A stretch of 64,000 nucleotides of DNA, taken from contig OZ249436.1 in assembly GCA_965235115.1 (NCBI GenBank), positions 32,924,001 to 32,988,000 on the forward strand, written 5' to 3'. How positions within the stretch are numbered: position 1 is the first letter of the stretch; each line of letters starts with the position of its first letter. Below, in pieces: positions 38,406 through 52,942 of the stretch. The notes under the pieces were generated by a model. It saw nothing but the letters and a program-made list of their open reading frames with translations. It searched no databases and was not told the origin of the DNA. The translations under genes and the position numbers were made by a program. The DNA comes from Laetmonice hystrix. Lineage: Eukaryota.

Positions 38406-40409
38406 CTGTAAAACAAATCAGTTAAATAATTAAAGCAAACACCGACTCTCTCTTAGTTCAATGACTCCAAATGCAGACATGTATGGGCTGTTAGGTTAGG
38501 TTAAAGTATTAGACTACCGTACATAACTCAATAAATGAATATCCACAGAAATGGAGACATTTTAATGAAATTCAACATTCCAGTAGCCTGTTGTCGCTAT
38601 GAAGCGATGGTCTTATGGCTAGTTATTGACAAAATAGTTGACCTGGCATTGACTTGTCAGTTTGAACAGCCAATGAAATTCATCTGACGATGAACGGATG
38701 AATTTCATTGGCTGTTCAAGTCAACGCTAGGTGTTGAGATAGACGGTGTTTTTTTCTAATGTATGATGGAAAGTCATGACATGGAAATAAAGTACAATTA
38801 ACTCTAACTCTCAGGTAACTCTACTGTAAAATAAATTTACACCAAATAAATCTGTAAATTTTGTCTGTTATTCTACGACTATTTTTTCCAGTGTATCTCG
38901 TAATTCTGAGCCAGAGAGCCAGAGGGCGGCTGTCGGGGTGACATATAGTCAAGAAACACCGCCAAAGAAGAGTGGGCGTGTCCTGTGACTCGCTAATTTC
39001 CAGGTGCAGTGATGGAGGTGTGACTTCGTTGATTTCTTCTTTAGTATGTCTGTATTCTTTCTCACAAACTGGCTGTCATTGGCGCTGAGAGACATAAGAA
39101 CATTAATGGCAGTGTGGGCGTCATCAAAGGCATGGGACGGGCTTTTATGTGGCGGGATCTAAAGACAGTCTCTCTGAAGCCTCTTGTTAGCGGGTGCCAA
39201 CCAGACTTCCATAGATGACTTCATCGTCTTGTGCATGGCGGAAGGACGAGCATAGTGTATAGTCCCTCTGCATAATTACGTTTTTTTTCTTGAGAGAGCG
39301 CGTAACTCTTAGTAATTTCTTTAGGGCGAAATATATCCAGGCCCAATGGGAGGGATGCACAATGTTCAGAGAGAAGTCCAACAATATGTTTTTATTTACA
39401 CATCACGCGTTCAGTATGCCAAGCTATCACAGGGCCTATAGTTTAGGAGATCTCGGGGGCATTATAACTGCATGCTTCATGTTCTCGTATTGGATTTGGC
39501 AAGACATCGTATCGTTTTGGGGATAATAGGATTGCCATGACATTAGTTAAATTAGTAGTGGGAGTTTCCCGATTAAGTTTATCCTCGGCAAAAAATATCT
39601 ATCTTCAGAAGGGATACTTCTGGCTGGCCTGTTGTGCAAACACAATCGAACAATAACATGACGAATGTAAATGCACAGTGAATGGGCAATCGTCATGTCC
39701 CTCGGTTTCTCATACAAGAGGAGCCGCTTTTTTGCGATCGAAGTGTGTTCTTCTGTATTGCAATGCCTTCATGAACCAACTGCAGTTTTTCGGGCTAACT
39801 ACTGCAGAAGATTGACAATACCCAGATACAGATAAACAATTTTCGTACATTTTCCCCTGATTCAGAGATCAAAGCCCCCTGCAGTGATCACGGGCCACGC
39901 ATGTCTCCGTGGTGACGTGGTGCCGATGAGCAGTCATAATTATCCTGAGATGTAACCAGACTATGTCTGATTACCTCATGGTTATATACTACAGTCAGGT
40001 ATACGTGCCTTGTTTGATAATATTACAGACGTCATCAAAAGCCGCTACTTTTATACAGTAACGACATTGTATCGGCACATTCTTACTACCGTAAATCTGC
40101 TGAAGTATGTTACGGTATTAATACTGCAATATATTTGTCCAAGATCTGTTCTAGTCAGAGAGAAACAAGGGTTGCAATCCGTTTACTTTGTAAAATTGCA
40201 GTATGTTTTACTGAGCAGAAGGTCTATAATCCCTAACTCTCTTCGCTGTACCGTAGATAGAGTACCTCAGTTTCCCTATTGTCGCCTCCTAATATGAATA
40301 AAAATGATTTTGTATTGCAATTAGAAACATTGAGGGGGTTGTCATTAAATCCTAACGATGACAATGATTATAATATATGTGTGCCTTACCATAGCGTATC
40401 ACATTGTAA

Positions 40410-40813
40410 AGGCGGCCTCACATGGTGCGATTTTGCTGCAATATCGTACAACTATATATACAATACGTCACGATATCCATGATTGTCGCACCGTGTGAGG
40501 TAGTCTGCGATACAATTCCCTGCGATACGAGGCTGTCTTGTCGTATCGTAGACTTTTGAACATGTTCAAAATTTTTCAATCGTGCAACATAGTGTCGTAC
40601 ATATCGTGCATATCGTACATAATCGCAGTGTGTGCGTCGTAGCTAAGCGTATCTCAGACCGTTGTGTCGTGTCTTATACAATCGCTGGCACATGTATAGA
40701 GAATTGCGTCGTATCGCAGGTCAGCGTCTTGCAGCGCATGCGCATTCGCGAGTAATATATCGCAGAAAAGCCGCAGCATGTGAGGGGATGCATAGCACCG
40801 TGTGAGGCCGGCT
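40410..40813. mobile_element. MITE
   Basis: Imperfect TIR aggcggcctcacatggtgc / gcaccgtgtgaggccggct; internal tcgta/tcgca repeats. Confidence 0.7.
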
Positions 40814-43800
40814 TAAGATGCTACGTTCAGGTAACGAGCTCACGAGTCGTATACGAGTTCCGACACGTAAATTTCTTCGCGAGTATTACGACGGTATTAC
40901 GACTCGTGAACACAACTCGTGAACTCGGTGGTTCTGGTAAAGAACTTTGTGACCTACACCTTGGCCGTCAGAAGCCATCAGACTGGTGGTGACAACGACC
41001 CGAACGCTCTTGCTTCTCACGAGTCGTATTCACGAACTCATCTCACGCCGCGAGTCGTATTCACGAGCACTACGCAGCGTTATAATTAACACCTCGGAGC
41101 TGAGGCGTATACCCTTAATCCACATCTAAAGAACTGTTAACTATATTGAATTTTAAATATTTGTACACAAGTAACATGAGAGCTTTTGAAGAGGAGGATC
41201 TAGTATGAGGTCCAGAAGTTTCGTATATTATTCCATTCTCTCGGCACCCTAAGTGACCCTCCACTGAGGTGACATTGTGCAGTCCATTCAAGGTAGTTTG
41301 ATAAAGTGGCGGCCGGTTCTAGATTCGTATATAATGTCGTTAGAGCAGTTTTATCTTGAGCATCATTCCTAAGGCAATGCTTTTCGTGGTCACTGTGGAG
41401 AAAATAGCCACTTAAAGTGCTCTAATGTTGCCGTTAATCACTGCATTGTCCCAGTGGAACAGGCATACTGTTGTTCTTAATGGCTGGGATATTCCAGCAA
41501 CATAGGGGGTAAGCCTACCTATACGTTATGTAATCGTATGTAACCCCCTCCCCCCCCCCCCGAGTTCTATTCTTTATCAATCTAGATTTGAGAGTATGAC
41601 CCTCCATTACAAAAAGGGCCCACTTGCCCTCAAGCCGCATAACTGCTTTGATAATGCCTTATCATCTAAAATAGAATACAGATACGCTCTAAGAAAAGGC
41701 GTCTGATTTATTGAAGGTCAAAGCGAACTGAAACCTAAGGCTTCTTGCCTGATCACGAAGAACGGCATTCTCTTGAGACAGCCGTATTTCATCGTTGGGT
41801 GCAACTCATTCAGACCCTGCTCCCTCACATACTTAAAGGAAATATCTCACGAAGTCCAAGTCAGACGTGGCGTAAATAGATTTCGAATATTGTCAGAATT
41901 ATTCTCGGGGAAATCCTGAATATATTTGTCCACGAATTCTGAAACCACATTCGTTGCGAATTGTTACCTAATGTGTGCTCTACACCACAACAACACAACG
42001 TTCAAACGATTGGTGTCATGCCAAAATGGCGGTATTCATTGGGTTTGCGTGCACTCGGATTAGTTTTTCCACCATCAGGGATAATTTCACCGCTGTCTAC
42101 TCATAGGATGTGTTAACAGGATCAATTCAGGAACATTCAGTTTCATAGAGTACATATGTCTGGGCATATATCTGATGATTCCGGTCAACCCAGCGGGTGG
42201 CATAACCCCTTTAACCGAACATGCCGGAAACCCTTAGTTTTTCACTCTTTTAGCGGTGAACGTTTTCCAAAAAATACAAGTGATATATATCTTCACATGC
42301 GTGTGTGAAACGATTACAGGCAGTTTGTTGTTGCGTGCTTATGAGGAACACATTTTACAGCCAGCTGTAAAAGAGACTTTCACCGCGAACTAGACCTACT
42401 AACACCACAAGCAACATTTAAAAAAGCCCAGCAAAACAGTTCAACAGACTGTTTGCCCACGGGCCTTGGATCTTTAACGCCTTGGATCTTTAACTCAGAA
42501 CATTGTCTTAAAGCCGAAGGACCCGTTTTCTCTATTAATGATAAATTGACACAGCACTATAATAACGGTTACCAACCATGGAGGCGCAGCTGACAAATCT
42601 GAACTCTTAAGAAACAGGATTATAAGGAGACTGGCCAAGAAAGCTTCCGGCCATGAGCTGCAACCAGTCATCTTGCCGGTCGGCCTCCATTAGTTAGCTT
42701 TAACCGCATGACAGTGGTGGTTGAAACACTGTGCAGACATTGGGCTGCTGCTGCTGCTGTTAGGGCGGACTAATTCTACCAGTTTCTTTATGCGTCCCAC
42801 CGTGCTGTATCAGAAGTGTTGTTCTGGTAACACCGTCCCAACAACAGTGTTCACATTTATTCCACTTGACTAGGGTGTGCATAATCGGACACCCCAGCCC
42901 CAGGCACCCTCCGCATCAATTGACCGCTTTTTAACCATGAACCATGTATCTAAAAGCATCTGTACAAAGTTCCAAAGAGTGGTACATTCCCAACAACCCA
43001 ATCAGCGTCCTTTCCGTGCATGAACTCCGCATTTTCTATTTCACTTTTCTACTTTTCTAGTTGTCATGGCCACCTGCCATAATGGAAGAATTCTAATAGA
43101 GATTTTCACGTACCGTGTGACCGATCATTACTATCAGAGAAACAGGTTTTCTATAGAAGACGGAAAACTACACGCTATCGCTCAGGATATTCAAAAGAGG
43201 CGACAATTTCTTACATGCAATTGCCCGTGCTTTGTGGTTTTTCACAGGACTGCTGGGTTGACATTAAGAAAACGTGCCACTGCTTTGGTTTATTCAGTGT
43301 CAGCTTGCCCGGCGCAAATGGCGATAAGCTGTCACTAGCTGTTGGACTCTACCCCGTGCTAATTATCATGAAAAATATCCTGACAGCTGGTTTTCTACTA
43401 ATGTCACGCAGAGCCTACCAAAGGCATGAAGAGACAGAGACAGAGACAGGGGCAAAGAGTGAGAGAGCGAAGAAACATTAAGAAATTCTACGAGTTTTAA
43501 ACTTTCGCTTGCCTGACGCCTCTTGCGTTAGTAAGCAGATATATTAGAGGAGATCCACTGCTGCGGTAAACTGGCGATTCGACGTAGCACCTCACCGGTA
43601 CCACCAACCTCCCAACTTTTGGAGCTGATCCACTGCAGCGGAAATGTTGCGGTGGTACACCTCAGCGATGTTCCAGATTTTGTACGGACCGATGATTACA
43701 TGACGATCACATGACAAAAGGCATCGTTCTCATTGGATGGGCAGCGAGGACGCTTGCGACTGAGACCGCTGCATTGTCGCTGCATTAATTTTGAGCCATT

Positions 43801-44151
43801 GCAGCAAGGCCCGTGATTGCTCTGCGGTGATTGCGACATTGCCTTCAAAACATGGTTGATTTTGCCAGGAGGGGCCTTGCGGTGGCGGTAAGACTGCAGT
43901 CAGGTGGTAGCAAAGCCATGACTGGCCGTTCTAATCAATCCCCTACTGTCCTTACTACATGATTGTATTCTACAGAAATGGTACCATCACCACTACACCA
44001 ACAACAGCAACAAAACATCTTGCTGGCCCATGTTCTTCGTGTGGGTCCATCCAAATTTTTGTACGGGGAGGGGGTACAATCTTTCCCCTTTTAAAAATCC
44101 TAATATACAATGAACATTGCCGTCAATAACAATCTGTCCCGAAAGACATTG

Positions 44152-45258
44152 CGTCAACCGAGAATTAACAGGGTCCAACTGCACTTTTTTAAGTTTTGAG
44201 AAAAATGAAATTGAAAATTCAAAGTCGAATTGCCGCTATCTCATAAAATTTATTTTGATATTTTGTTCTACGTGACAGGTATATATAACAGTTAAATGAA
44301 ATAAGCTTACTTAATTTCCTCTGTTGGCCTTCTACATGGAATTATGGGATAGCAATTTTGCAGATAGACCTTTATAACACATGACTTGAGAGTAAAACCA
44401 GATTCACACGGGTCTATCTGCACATTTTTTGTTTTTAAAAAGTGCAACAAAATTCTGAACTTCAATATAAAAGATTGCACCAACCTAAGACTTCTAAAGT
44501 ATGATTTCCATGTCTCTAAGTATATGTTTGCAGACTGTGATTGGAGGCATTGCCACATTTTAAATGGTAGCCCTGTCATTTTAATGGTAATTTCAATGAA
44601 AAATGCAGTCCTGCCTCCTGGAAAGTTGCAATGCCCCCAACCAGAGTTTACAGTATGGACCAGACATACAAAATACTTCATGTAGTGACAAGTTAGCTCA
44701 ATAACTTTTCCAAAAATAAGGGGAGACCCCCCCCCCCCCCCCGGATCCCAGGTCTTCACCCTGACATAGTCATAGTTACCAACTTAGGAAAGTGAGAAAT
44801 TCTAAGCCTAAACGAAAGCGGAATTAAAGCATGCAGTTTGCATAGGTCCTATGCTATAGTAGGCCCCTATAGTGTATTCCAATGTGTATAAGTACAGGCC
44901 TAAACGGTTAATATTGCCTGGGTCTATCTGCTTTATTTGTATCCTAATACTTCTAGTGTTTGCCCTAAACAGACATTGTGCATGATTTAGTATTAACTTG
45001 GTCTATCTGAATTTCGGATCATGTGACCAACTTCCTGGCCTGCTGATTGGTTTATTTGTAGATAGACCTTGGTAATACTCAACTGAACATTCTAAAACTT
45101 ACCATAGACCTTCTTGGAAGTGAGATCAACCCATTCAAGGTACACTAGAGGGCGCCATCGATCGCTAAGATAGACCTTGTTAAAATTGAGAAGGTTTGAT
45201 GAAAAAAAATCAAATTTGAATGAAATGTTAGATAGACCCTGTTAATTCTCGGTTGACG
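44152..45258. mobile_element. Non-autonomous DNA transposon (1.1 kb), family unassigned
   Basis: 24-bp perfect TIR cgtcaaccgagaattaacagggtc / gaccctgttaattctcggttgacg; internal gatagacc repeats. Confidence 0.8.
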
Positions 45259-48200
45259 AAATTTGGTCACCGCTGCTCACACCCTGACCTGTACTAGCAA
45301 GACTACCTCCCAATGCTTTCACTTGTCTTGTTTGTGTCCGTAACTATATCTTCACGCTTCAGCAACAGCCAGGATCCTATCGGTTTGACTAGTGCATTGG
45401 AGTAATCAGATATAACGGGGCGGATCTAAAGCCGAAAACGTTCCTGACGTGGGGAGCAAGCTACGGGGATTCGCGGAGGATTTGGCAGAGAAGTCCTTAC
45501 CTCCGGACTAAGAAAAACTGACCCCTTTCATTGCCTGTGTAACAAGAAAAACGGCACTTGCCGACTTTGCCACATCCTGAACCACCTAGTATAGAAAACT
45601 ATTATGAAACGGGTGTTGTCACTCAGAACACCAATGCTGCTTCTGATTGGTTGTTTCTATGTCATAACCGGAGGTGAACCAGGCCTCGGATGTATGAAGC
45701 CATTTTCCCAGGATTTGCGCAAACTCTTGTGAAGCGGCATCGCGCATGAATATATGAGCGGCAAATAGTCGAATTCCCCCCCTACGCACAGGTATAGTTT
45801 AAATTTAATTTCTCAACATACCTATCCTTCTCGACGGTGAGCCGAGTCGGGTTTTGTCTGTCCGAGAGACAGCAGGAAACCCTCCAGAAATCGCTGAAAA
45901 TCTATGCATCTTCGTCTTCACTAGAGGGCGCCACCTTTTGAGCCAGGTTAACGGTTGAAGAAAGTTTATACGGTGCCTCTTTAACATGTTGTGCCACTCC
46001 GATGCCTATTGCATTCAAAGGCTGTGCCACGTCAAAGTACCCTACCTGGCAAGTATTGCCTTAAAAGAAAAGGCTGGCACCAGTTTGTACAGGTCAGGCA
46101 CACATAGGCCTACATGCCGTGAAAAGATTTGAACACATTTGGTGCTCAATATAAGCATTTTAGTGCCGGAACCTACTCAGCGGTTGGATGCCGCCATGCG
46201 AATTTGACGTCACAGTGCCATGACCAATTACAGCACGACTGCTCTCCAGTTTGGAAGGACCAGAAAACCTACACACACGTTGGCAGCTTAGGTACATGCG
46301 CCATATTTGTTAGAAACTAGACGGAAACCATCGATAGTCATGAGGAGTCGGTACGAATTAGGCCTACCGACATTAGCGTGTACATCAGGGTGTAGGGCCT
46401 ACACGGATTTGAGCCGCCGTGGTGTGCACGGGTTTCGGTCGCCCGCATTCAATTCATAACTACGCTGGCGGGGTAATGTTGACGGAGCTGAGCCCGGCTG
46501 GGTAATAGGGGGCCGAAGTAGGTCACGAGATGTTGCGTTACAATGCGATAAAAGTCGGTTTTGGTGACACTTCATTATCGCTCACGCTTGTTTAGCATTG
46601 CGCCGGCCATAGGGAACGGCGACTGTCAACTTCAACTTGTGATTTCTCTGTAATTATGCTGCCCTTGGTAATGGACCTTCCCCGATATTTGTATCAACCT
46701 ATTTTACGCTTGAAAACATAATTTTGATACATAAAAACACGAAATTCTTCAAGACTAGGTGTCAACATTGACGCTCCATTTGTACCTCCTATCCAGAAAA
46801 TCCATAACCGTGCCGCGACATAGCGCCTAGGCTACTCATGGACGTACTACAGTGAAGTAGGCCTAGTATTTTGAAGCAAGTCGAAAAGATAGCGAGACTG
46901 GGGGAAAAGCAGACACGGCAAGTAAGATCGTAGGAGAGAAACCAAGATATTATACAGACGATCGAAGATGTCAGACCTAATAACACATTTTCTCAACTCT
47001 ACATGTAGGTACATTTCCTAAACCCTTTGAAACACATTCTTTTCCTCGAGACGGTTGACCAATCACACCTCATCGATCCCGGCACTGGTGTGATCGATGA
47101 TGGTCCTATCATTATCCTTATGCTCTAAAAACAGCAGTTCATTAATGGCGCCAATAAATCATGCCGAGGACGCATTAAAGCGAAACGTTCAATCACTGCA
47201 TGTCGGCCATACCAAGGAAGTGTTGGCTCAGAGGGCGCTAACATTTGAGATATATACCCGATAGGTACAGTCTGGCGACATGACAACCATGCACCCCTGG
47301 GACATTAACGTAAATATAAATATAGAATGAACTGTCATTCGTCGACCGAGAATTCGTCTACCTTAAAGGGAATTGACAAGTAGTATCACTTCTCTATATT
47401 ATTGTGAGTGATCAAGTCAGTCAGGCTTTCATTTATAGGTGACTCCCTATAGCTGTGAAGGGCGAATTCGATGGGACATACCAAAGGTCAGGGAATAGAA
47501 AATTGAAAGATATGAGGATACTTTTATGGGGTCATTACTGAAACCCAGAGGCATTTTATTCTAAAGTCACGAAAAGCCAATAACATTACTGAATCAAAGA
47601 CCTTGTTAGGTGCAGGCCATCAGGCACGCTTTTCTTCCCGCTAGGTCTCCACGCCTTGTGATTGAGTTTCCATTCTGGACTATGTCAGTATAGGCTCCTA
47701 ATAAGTGTCATTCAGACGGCAATCGCCAGGGTAGCAAGGCCACCTTTAAGAAATGATAATGTGCTCCTCAAAGGCCCTTGCATTCACATTATTTATAAAG
47801 CAATGAAATAAGTCACTTCGCAGCAGTGGAGTAACCTGTAGACGCCGAACGTACGTCAACTGACGTTCACGTCATTTCAGAGCAGACGACTGTGTATAGC
47901 CCCAGACGTCGGTTCATCTGTCTGACCGGATACGTCCTGATCGGAGACAGGAAAACGTGACCACATTCTGCAACAAGTCCCTGGCGGGCTGCTTCCGCTT
48001 GCGGGCCCGCAGAAAAAAACGTCTGTCTATGGCACACGCGCTTGGAACTTCTTTTATTCAAGGTAAGCAAAACATGAGGTTTAATCCTATAAATGTGGTG
48101 ATTTATGATGCTCTGGGTTTGGGTAAACCCCCAAAGAATCCTGAAGTCTAGAGGTATCGGGAGAGAGGCTGTGTCCCCCCAGTTAGCCCCGGCTGGCGAA

Positions 48201-49319
48201 AGCTTCCGATCTTTCCGAAGTAATTCGTGCACGTCATGTCTACTGACAATAAAGGATTTAGGAAATCACAAGGGCTGTGATTCATATACACCCAGAGAGT
48301 ACACAATTATCGAAAACCTATTATCGCTAGAAAAATGACGCTCTGGAAATATTACCAGGCAGAAGATTTCCTCTAGAGCGATGCATAATCCAATCAGTGA
48401 GCTGTGTGTCTGGGGCGTCAGAACCTGCACAGCTGGTGTAAGTCGAGACTGATGCCGCTATTGTTGGAGCCAGAATGTCTACAAGTTGTAAAATACCACG
48501 GTTACACGCGATCGGCCCAATGGTATGATGAAGCATAACATCTGCCTTAGTGACGCGCTCCTTCTATGGAATCCGAACACCATTAGGGTAAGTACAACAA
48601 AAAGGTTGTTGAGTGGTTTTGTTTTCTCATTCAAACTGTACGATATAAACGAGGAGTAAGCTTTCCATAGACATATAAATATTTATCAAGTATAAAAGGG
48701 GGGATTTCTTTACGAAAGACATCTCGTGTTTAGATTAACGTTGCTTAGTATATATAATATAATGGTAGATAGGTTAAATAAGGAAGAGGCTTAATCTATA
48801 TGCACGTTGTTCCTACCCGTTTCAACAGAACTCTAGCGTCCCAAGTGTGATTTGAGTGGCCAAGGCCAGAAGTGCAACCTTAATGAGCTGGCACCGGTGT
48901 CCTCAGGGGATCCTTAATGCCGTACCTAACGGCTGGTACTAAATTACTGCTGATGGGGTTAACCCCCCCCCCCCCCCACAACGCAACCACCATCGCCATC
49001 GTCGTCGCCGCGAAAAGGACCTTCTAATAAAATAGGCACCCCAAAAGTAATGTACCAAAAGAAAAGAAAATGAACTATATGGATAGATCCTTCTCCCAGA
49101 TGCCCCCTTTGAAAGGTCTCTTAGAAATGACAGTTACATTTTATTTGCTTATACTGGGATGAACCAGCCTGAAGACCAATGCCTCAATCTGCCAGAAACG
49201 TCATCATACTGAATGCAGTGTAAATATACACTGACGAGACAAAGGTATTGCAACATGCCCTCTTCAGAAGTTCTCAGTAATACTAGAGTCGCACATTCAA
49301 CCGTGTCCTGTCAATTTCC

Positions 49320-49660
49320 TATTACAAATGTACATACCAGAGGTTTGTGCAGAGTGCAGAAGGACGTTTTGGTGTTACCATGCCAAAAGTACGGGATCTG
49401 ACAAATGCCGCTATTGCCGCTATTGGCATCATGAGAAATCATCTGCCGCAGAGAGGAAGGTATTTCCGTCCTAAATATTGCCAGATGGTTTCACTGCCGC
49501 TGCCAAATAGTTTTCCGGGTATTGGAGAGGTACCAAGAACATCAGGCAAGAGCAAGTTTACAGAAGTGGTCGGCCGAGAAAGATGTAGCGAGAGAAGATC
49601 GACGTCATCGCAGGACAATGCACAGAAGGATGGTCGCAATAGTTCGGTCACGTGGCTACC
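49320..49660 (+). pseudogene. Decayed Harbinger/HARBI1-like transposase C-terminal fragment
   Basis: VQSAEGRFGV...AAIGIMRNHL...NAQKDGRN..SVTW resembles VENAFGIL...ACC.LHNFL...A...RD...SV.W. Confidence 0.45.
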
Positions 49661-50162
49661 CTACAAAATACTAAATGACTTGAGTCTCGTCATCAACAAT
49701 AAGAACTATTGGTTAACATCGAGTGTAGGTACTGAATAAAAGTCAAAACTGACCCCAAAAAATTGTTAAGATGTTATTTCAAACTAAACGTTGATGTCTC
49801 TCCAGTCTGCCCATGTTGTAGTAGTTATGTCTAGTGTAGGTGACACCCTCAATTATATTTTCCTCTCTCCAGTGTCTCTCCAATTATACCCGTCCCTGTC
49901 TCTTCCTCAGAGACTGCAATTTTAATTCTTGTCATGCCGCTGTCTCAATCTGAATGGAAGTTTGCCTGTACGAGCATCTGTGTCCTTTTAGAGCTGCACT
50001 GACTTCTTCCGCTCGGGCCCCGTGCTGCGGTGTGTAGGCCCTATGTAGTGGCTGACTGCGTGTGAAAGGGGTGTTGATTGGAGGCAGGCCCGTCGGTCTC
50101 AGCACCTCGGTAGGGTGGGCCGTCCTTGGACCGGTCTCTGTGATTTGCAGGGAGTATGCCGA

Positions 50163-50578
50163 TCCAACCTCTGGGACAGTCTCCGCTCGCTCATGCCATC
50201 TCAGGGCATCAGGCCTGTCCAACCTCTGGGACCGTCTCCGCTCACCTATGCCATCTCAGGGCATCATGCCTGTCCGACCTCTGGGACCGTCTCCGCTCGC
50301 CCATGCCATCTCAGGGCATCAGGCCTGTCCAACCTCTGGGACAGTCTCCGCTCACCTATGCCATCTCAGGGCATCAGGCCTGTCCGACCTCTGGGACCAG
50401 CTTCGCTCGCCCATGCCATCTCAGGGCATCAGGCCTGTCCAACCTCTGGGTCCGTCTCCGCTCGCTCATGCCATCTCAGGGCATCAGGCCTGTCCAACCT
50501 CTGGGATCCTCTCCGCTCGCCCATGCCATATCAGGGCATCAGGCCTGTCCAACCTCTGGGACAGTCTCCGCTCACCCA
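50163..50578. repeat. Minisatellite, 55-bp unit x about 7.5
   Basis: tccaacctctgggacagtctccgctcgctcatgccatctcagggcatcaggcctg at exact 55-bp spacing. Confidence 0.97.
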
Positions 50579-51799
50579 ATCCATCACAATCTCTGTCAGA
50601 GGTAATCTGTAGGGCCGTCGTACGCCAACGTCGCTGATTTCCAGCATATATAGCCTACTGATTTCATAAAAGAAGTTGCAATATTTGTACATATAAAGGC
50701 AAAGATAATATAATATATAAAATCACGGATGTCTTCCTCAAGCCTTCCTGAATCATGTATCTTTCTTTCTCTCAGGTGATAATTACCTTACATTGGCACA
50801 CCAAGGCTAGGCACGCTCTGTTATATTATAAAGAATAATCATTATCATCGTTAGGATTTAATGAACAACCATGAATGATTCTAATTGCAAGACAAAGTAA
50901 TTTGCATTGGTATGAGGAGGCAACAATAGGGGTATGAAGATAGTCGCACAATGAATAGAGTTATCTCTAATCAGTACGAACATACGATCCCTTTATATAA
51001 CAACAGACCGGAATGTAAAACCTACAAGGTTCGCGATGCCTTTCTTTCTCCCGCCGTCCGAGATATTTAACATTAGAACAGATCTCGGAAGATGTAATAT
51101 CATAACATACCTCAGCAAATTTACGCTGCTAACGGTGCGATGGAAAGTTTCTGTGTAATGTATAACAGTACGAGCATTTGAGACTACCAATTACTCAGTA
51201 AGGTATGTGAATGTTGTGAGGACCAGAACAATCTGACTACCGTTATTACATCGATTAGTTCCCTCAAAGCTCACGAATCATTCACTCTGGTTGCGCATTG
51301 GAGACAGTTGTCCAATAAAGCGAACGCGAATCCTTCGTTATTTAAAGTCAATGAACCGCCAATCAAGACCAATACTTTTGGAGTGGTGCTGGGTAAGGTA
51401 ATCAACAGATACAATGGCACTGTTAGCAGAGTGGTCGTATAGCCTTGGATAGTGTATTGGCTCATTCACATACTGTATATATATAATATTGTTCGGTCTT
51501 GCCATGGTAGAAGATTTTGATAAATGGCAATGTTGCGTTGGGGATAACTGCAAGATCCGTCTAAGCTATGGTGCCGCTGTCAAACCGTATCCGCGTCGAG
51601 GATCTAAAATGGCGACGATAAAGGAATGGCGAGTCTCCCAGTAAAATCTTTTACGACATGTCCGGTGGTAAAACCAAACCATAGCATAAAGAAACGCCGA
51701 AGTGTGCGGTTCCAGCCCAGACAAAACAGCTATAACGCGATGCAAGTGCAACCCCGTCGAAGAGCTATCTGTCCAAGAAAAGGCGTCTATGACTAGAAG

Positions 51800-52620
51800 T
51801 GGGCGAACCATCAAGTTCCTATCCTCGGGGACGTCGTAAAGTGACATTCCATCGGGGTCCACCATGGAGCACACACATAGAATTCTCCTTTAGCAAATTC
51901 CCAGTTCAGATCGAAAAGAAAAACCTGTCTGGCCCATATGTAGTTTGAACACTGTCACATTGAGACGTCAGTGGGGATTACAAGAATATATGTCAAAGGA
52001 TGGCTGCAATATAGATGCTATCAATTTTTCTCATTTCACCTTCAATCTTAACAGATGCCCTTTGAATGCAATGATATCTAGATCGACCATTTGCCCATGC
52101 ATGGTCTCTAAAAAAAGAACCCTTGAGATATATCATTGAAAGACATTAATTTTTATCTTGAAGTGATGTATGCCACGATCTGAAGCCCCTCCCGGCCTCT
52201 GAGACAATGTCAATGTACGGGCATTCCGTATGTGCACATCATTGAAGAGTCAGTGCCAAACTATAATAGGTCATTTCTACATGAGGAAGGGTAGTGTGCT
52301 ATCTATGTTTGGATTAACAATTCGCTTGGCTGACATAATTATCCAAGTGTACACCGAAACTTGGACGGCCTTGATGGATCGAGGCGTTCCAGCTTTGGGC
52401 ATGGCAATCGGGATAATTCTCTCTGATGACAACCCACTACAAATATCAACCACCGTCCGAGGCAAACTTGGCGGTGCGTGGATTAGTGAGCGATCGCATA
52501 GTAATGGAGTGCAATATAGAAAGATTGCACCCGGCTGACCATGCAGATCCGAACAAGTGCTGACGAGATATGCTTCGTATCCCGATGGTAAAACACCCCG
52601 ACTTGGGATAAATCACTCGT
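51800..52620 (+). pseudogene. Possible decayed L1/Tx1-type reverse transcriptase fragment
   Basis: RKGSVLSM...RGV....IGIILSDDNPL resembles RQG.PLSP...KGI....KI...ADDT.L. Confidence 0.35.
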
Positions 52621-52942
52621 TTGTTATGTGTAATAAGCCGACTTGGAGTAATTACTGACCAAACGCCATGCACCTATAGATTATCATCTGGCTGAAGATT
52701 ATAAGTTTGACTTATTGCAATTCATTCCTCTGGTGGCCATTTGCTTTGAACGGATTAATAGAATCTATATCTCTGTGGAGTTTGACTCGATTTAAATTTA
52801 GAGTGTTATTAAGTATACTTGATTTGCTCCTCTGTAAATCATTCGTCTCTGTCAAAATGAAAAGAAAGAAAAAAAGAAGAAGAATAACAGGTACACAAAG
52901 AAAACTGACACAACTCCACTTCTGATAAATCTTTTTGATTAA

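Noticed and set aside
50062..50637. Long ORFs of 149-191 aa as a gene
   Set aside because: They result from the stop-free 55-bp tandem repeat; no domain or splice support
51271..51465. Hydrophobic 64-aa minus-strand ORF ending near a gtgag donor, as a possible rGC signal-peptide exon
   Set aside because: No recognisable rGC N-terminal motif, and its phase 2 end cannot join the phase 0 exon at 38405 directly
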